NCBI RefSeq assembly: GCF_000143415.4
Contig: NW_003314278.1
Coordinates: 1,198,542 to 1,208,665, forward strand
Origin: Selaginella moellendorffii
Lineage: Eukaryota > Plantae > Lycopodiophyta
DNA length: 10,124 nucleotides
Direction: 5' to 3'
A model generated the notes under the pieces. The model was not told the DNA's origin and did no database searches. It saw nothing but the letters and a program-made list of their open reading frames with translations. Positions 7,851-10,124 of the stretch are shown here, piece after piece. A program made the position numbers and the translations under genes. Position 1 is the first letter of the stretch. The number at the start of each line of letters is the position of its first letter.

Positions 7851-8819
7851 AAAAGAGCAATTGAAATCACATGAGTCGAGAATATACCTTAAACTCCTAC
7901 ACCAAATAAAAGACATTACAATCAACCCATACAAGAACCATAGCAATGGTAGTTGAACTACCAAAATCAAGGTACATATAATCCTAACCCTAGATACCAT
8001 TGACAATACAACAATGGCAATCAAAACAATCAATATCAACGACTATACCAACAGGCTTATCAGCAGCCTTATTGAGACAACCAATAATGGAGACCACCAC
8101 CCTGGCAAAATAACTATCAACAATAATACCACAACAATTGACAATGAAGACCACCTCTGCAATAACTAAACTATCAATAGCAAAATCAACAATATGATCC
8201 ACCATCTAGAGTATTTCCTCGCAACAACAATCAATAGCAACCTCAAACTCAAGAAATTTAACCCCAATACCAACAACAACAAAATCAAGGTAATCGACCT
8301 CGTTAGCAAGATCAACAACATCAAAGACCTCCTCCAACAACAAGAAATGTCAACATCGACTAAATCGAAGATGAACACTTTGAAGATGAACCAAAGGCAA
8401 GAGCTCTAACTCGAAGTCAGAAAAAACACTACACTCCTGAAGATGATCTTGAGGAAAAGTCAAAGAACAAAAACTCCAAGACAAAGTGCAAGAAATCTCA
8501 AGGCACGAATGGCAACAAAACAAGGAGCTAGTCAACACAATTCAGCAAACCTTTCAACAACAATCTGAAGTTGAAGATGATCAGAAAATTGTGACTAAAA
8601 CTCTGTCAAAAAAAGAGGAACAACCAAAGCCCATCACCAACATTCTTCAACAAGGTATCACACTCACCCTTCTAGAATTTTCATAGGTCGCTTCATACTT
8701 GAGAAAACAACTTCTCAAGATATTGCAAGCTTCTTCACCAAAAAACTTCAGCTCAAGTCAAGAAAAAAACTAACAACTCATCCCATAAGGTAAACATCCA
8801 ATCTAGCGACTATGGTGAA

Positions 8820-9120
8820 GATGTACTATGCATCCCAATCATGATAGGAGAGAATAAAGTTATATATGTAATCATCAACGGCAAAACAAATGTCAACATT
8901 ATTGAGTATTCAATTTGCAAAGCAATGGGACTTGGACCAATCCACTCTACACCCTTCAATGTCAAGATGGCTGACAATTGGAGTGTACAACCATCAAGAA
9001 TTATGCACAACATTCCTATCAAGATTAAAGATCAAAAATTTAAAGTAACTTTCATCGTACTCAAGATGGCGAAAGACCAAAGCTTCTACAAAGTACTCCT
9101 CAAACGAACTTGGCTCAAGA
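8820..9120 (+). pseudogene. Retropepsin-like aspartic protease domain, catalytic Asp lost
   Basis: VIINGKTNVNII (decayed IDGG), PFNVKMAD, FKVTFIVL, VLLKRTWL (decayed LLGRPWL); lies within ORF 8841-9206. Confidence 0.88.
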
Positions 9121-9556
9121 CAATAAATACCATCACCCTTGGAGGACATAAAGATGCTCCACAACTATCTACCAGTATTGTAAAAAAGATTGCAAAGAAA
9201 TTTTAACTAACCACAATCAAACAATATGACTAGAATGAAGAACTCGACAGCTATGAAGAAGCTCAAATTCTTAAGGCATACCCGAATTAAAAACACTAAT
9301 CTAAGTCAATCTCAACCAAATCATCCTGAAGAAAACAAACAATCAAGATCCTCAACTTCAAAATGAAGATTTCCAACACCAAGATTTGAAAGAAAAGACA
9401 ACACTAGCACACATGAAAAAACAACAAGAACATTCAAGCATCCAGCTTGAATAGTTTAAACCGACTCATCAACAAATTCCACTCCAAGAACAACCAGGTC
9501 TATGACAAGAAGGATCACGACTTACACCAATACTCAACCTTGATGAACCAGCTCAA

Positions 9557-10124
9557 GAAATTAACCTTGGAACACCTGAAAAACCAAAATAACTTCACAT
9601 TGCCCAAGAGCTTAATGAAGATTTTAAAGTAAAAGCAACCCAACTACTTGACACTTATCAAGATGTTTTCACCTAGTCCTAGACTAACTTACAAGGAATT
9701 CCATTTGAACTTTACACACATTGGATTGAACTTCAATCACAAGTGGTACCAACAAAGCAATCAGCCTACTAAATGAATCCCAACTTACAAACCAAAGTCA
9801 AAGAAGAGCTTGACAAACTCGAAAATGTTGAATTCATCTTCCCAATTCAAAATCTAAAATGGCTATCACCACTAGTCATTGTCCCCAAGAAGAACAACAA
9901 GTTTAGGACTTGTGTCAACTATAAAAAGCTCAATGATACAACTCAAAAGGACACTTTTTCAATTCCATTCTTTGATGAAATTCTTGATGCAGTTGCAGGA
10001 TATGAGATGAACTCCTTTCTCAATAGCTTCAGTAGACACAATCAAGTACACATTGCACCTAAAGATCAACACAAGATGGCTTTCATCAATCCATGGGGAG
10101 CATACGCCTACCTTCACATGCCTT
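9557..10124 (+). pseudogene. pol: Reverse transcriptase N-terminal part (pol), with in-frame stops
   Basis: One frame reads EINLGTPEKPK*...YQDVFT*S*TNLQGIP...MNPNLQTKVKEELDKL...WLSPLVIVPKKNNKFRTCVNYKKLN...ILDAVAGYEMNSFLNSFSRHNQVHIAPKDQHKMAFINPWGAYAYLHMP. These are Ty3/gypsy RT motifs with the first catalytic Asp mutated (LDGFSG -> LNSFSR). Confidence 0.95.

Larger units (their letters stand above)
6410..10124 (+). mobile_element. Degenerate Ty3/gypsy LTR retrotransposon internal region (non-chromovirus type), gag-PR-RT order, truncated at the window end
   Basis: Gag, zinc knuckles, protease and RT motifs occur in order on +, with RT directly after PR (Ty3/gypsy, not Ty1/copia). The EINLGT..PK and YQDVF.WS..L.GIP motifs ahead of the RT core resemble plant non-chromovirus lineages. 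Many stops and frameshifts. Confidence 0.93.

Noticed and set aside
6405-8538. Minus-strand hydrophobic ORFs (6405-6785, 7788-8039, 7990-8205, 8166-8378) as membrane or env-like proteins
   Set aside because: They are antisense shadows of A-rich decayed gag sequence; T-rich codons give Leu/Ile/Val/Phe.

Overview
Eukaryotic, plant-like, repeat-derived DNA with no intact protein-coding gene, split by a 677-N assembly gap (4892-5568). Left (1-4891): a G-rich non-coding stretch that ends in a typical LTR 3' end (...CGCTTACA, 4619) followed by a tRNA-iMet-type primer-binding site (TGGTATCGGAGC, 4623-4634). It is probably a very long LTR plus leader of a + strand LTR retroelement. It contains a 45-bp x3 repeat and a compound CCGAG minisatellite/microsatellite (3103-3614). 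Most unusually, it is packed almost end to end with short, sequence-unrelated hairpins, and an internal ~180-bp duplication shows compensatory base-pair changes. Middle (5569-~6409): a second, diverged LTR-like segment sharing a module with the left one. Right (~6410-10124): a heavily C->T/G->A-decayed non-chromovirus-type Ty3/gypsy gag-pol pseudogene on + (capsid, two CCHC knuckles, Q/N/Y-rich region, aspartic protease, N-terminal RT), truncated by the window end.
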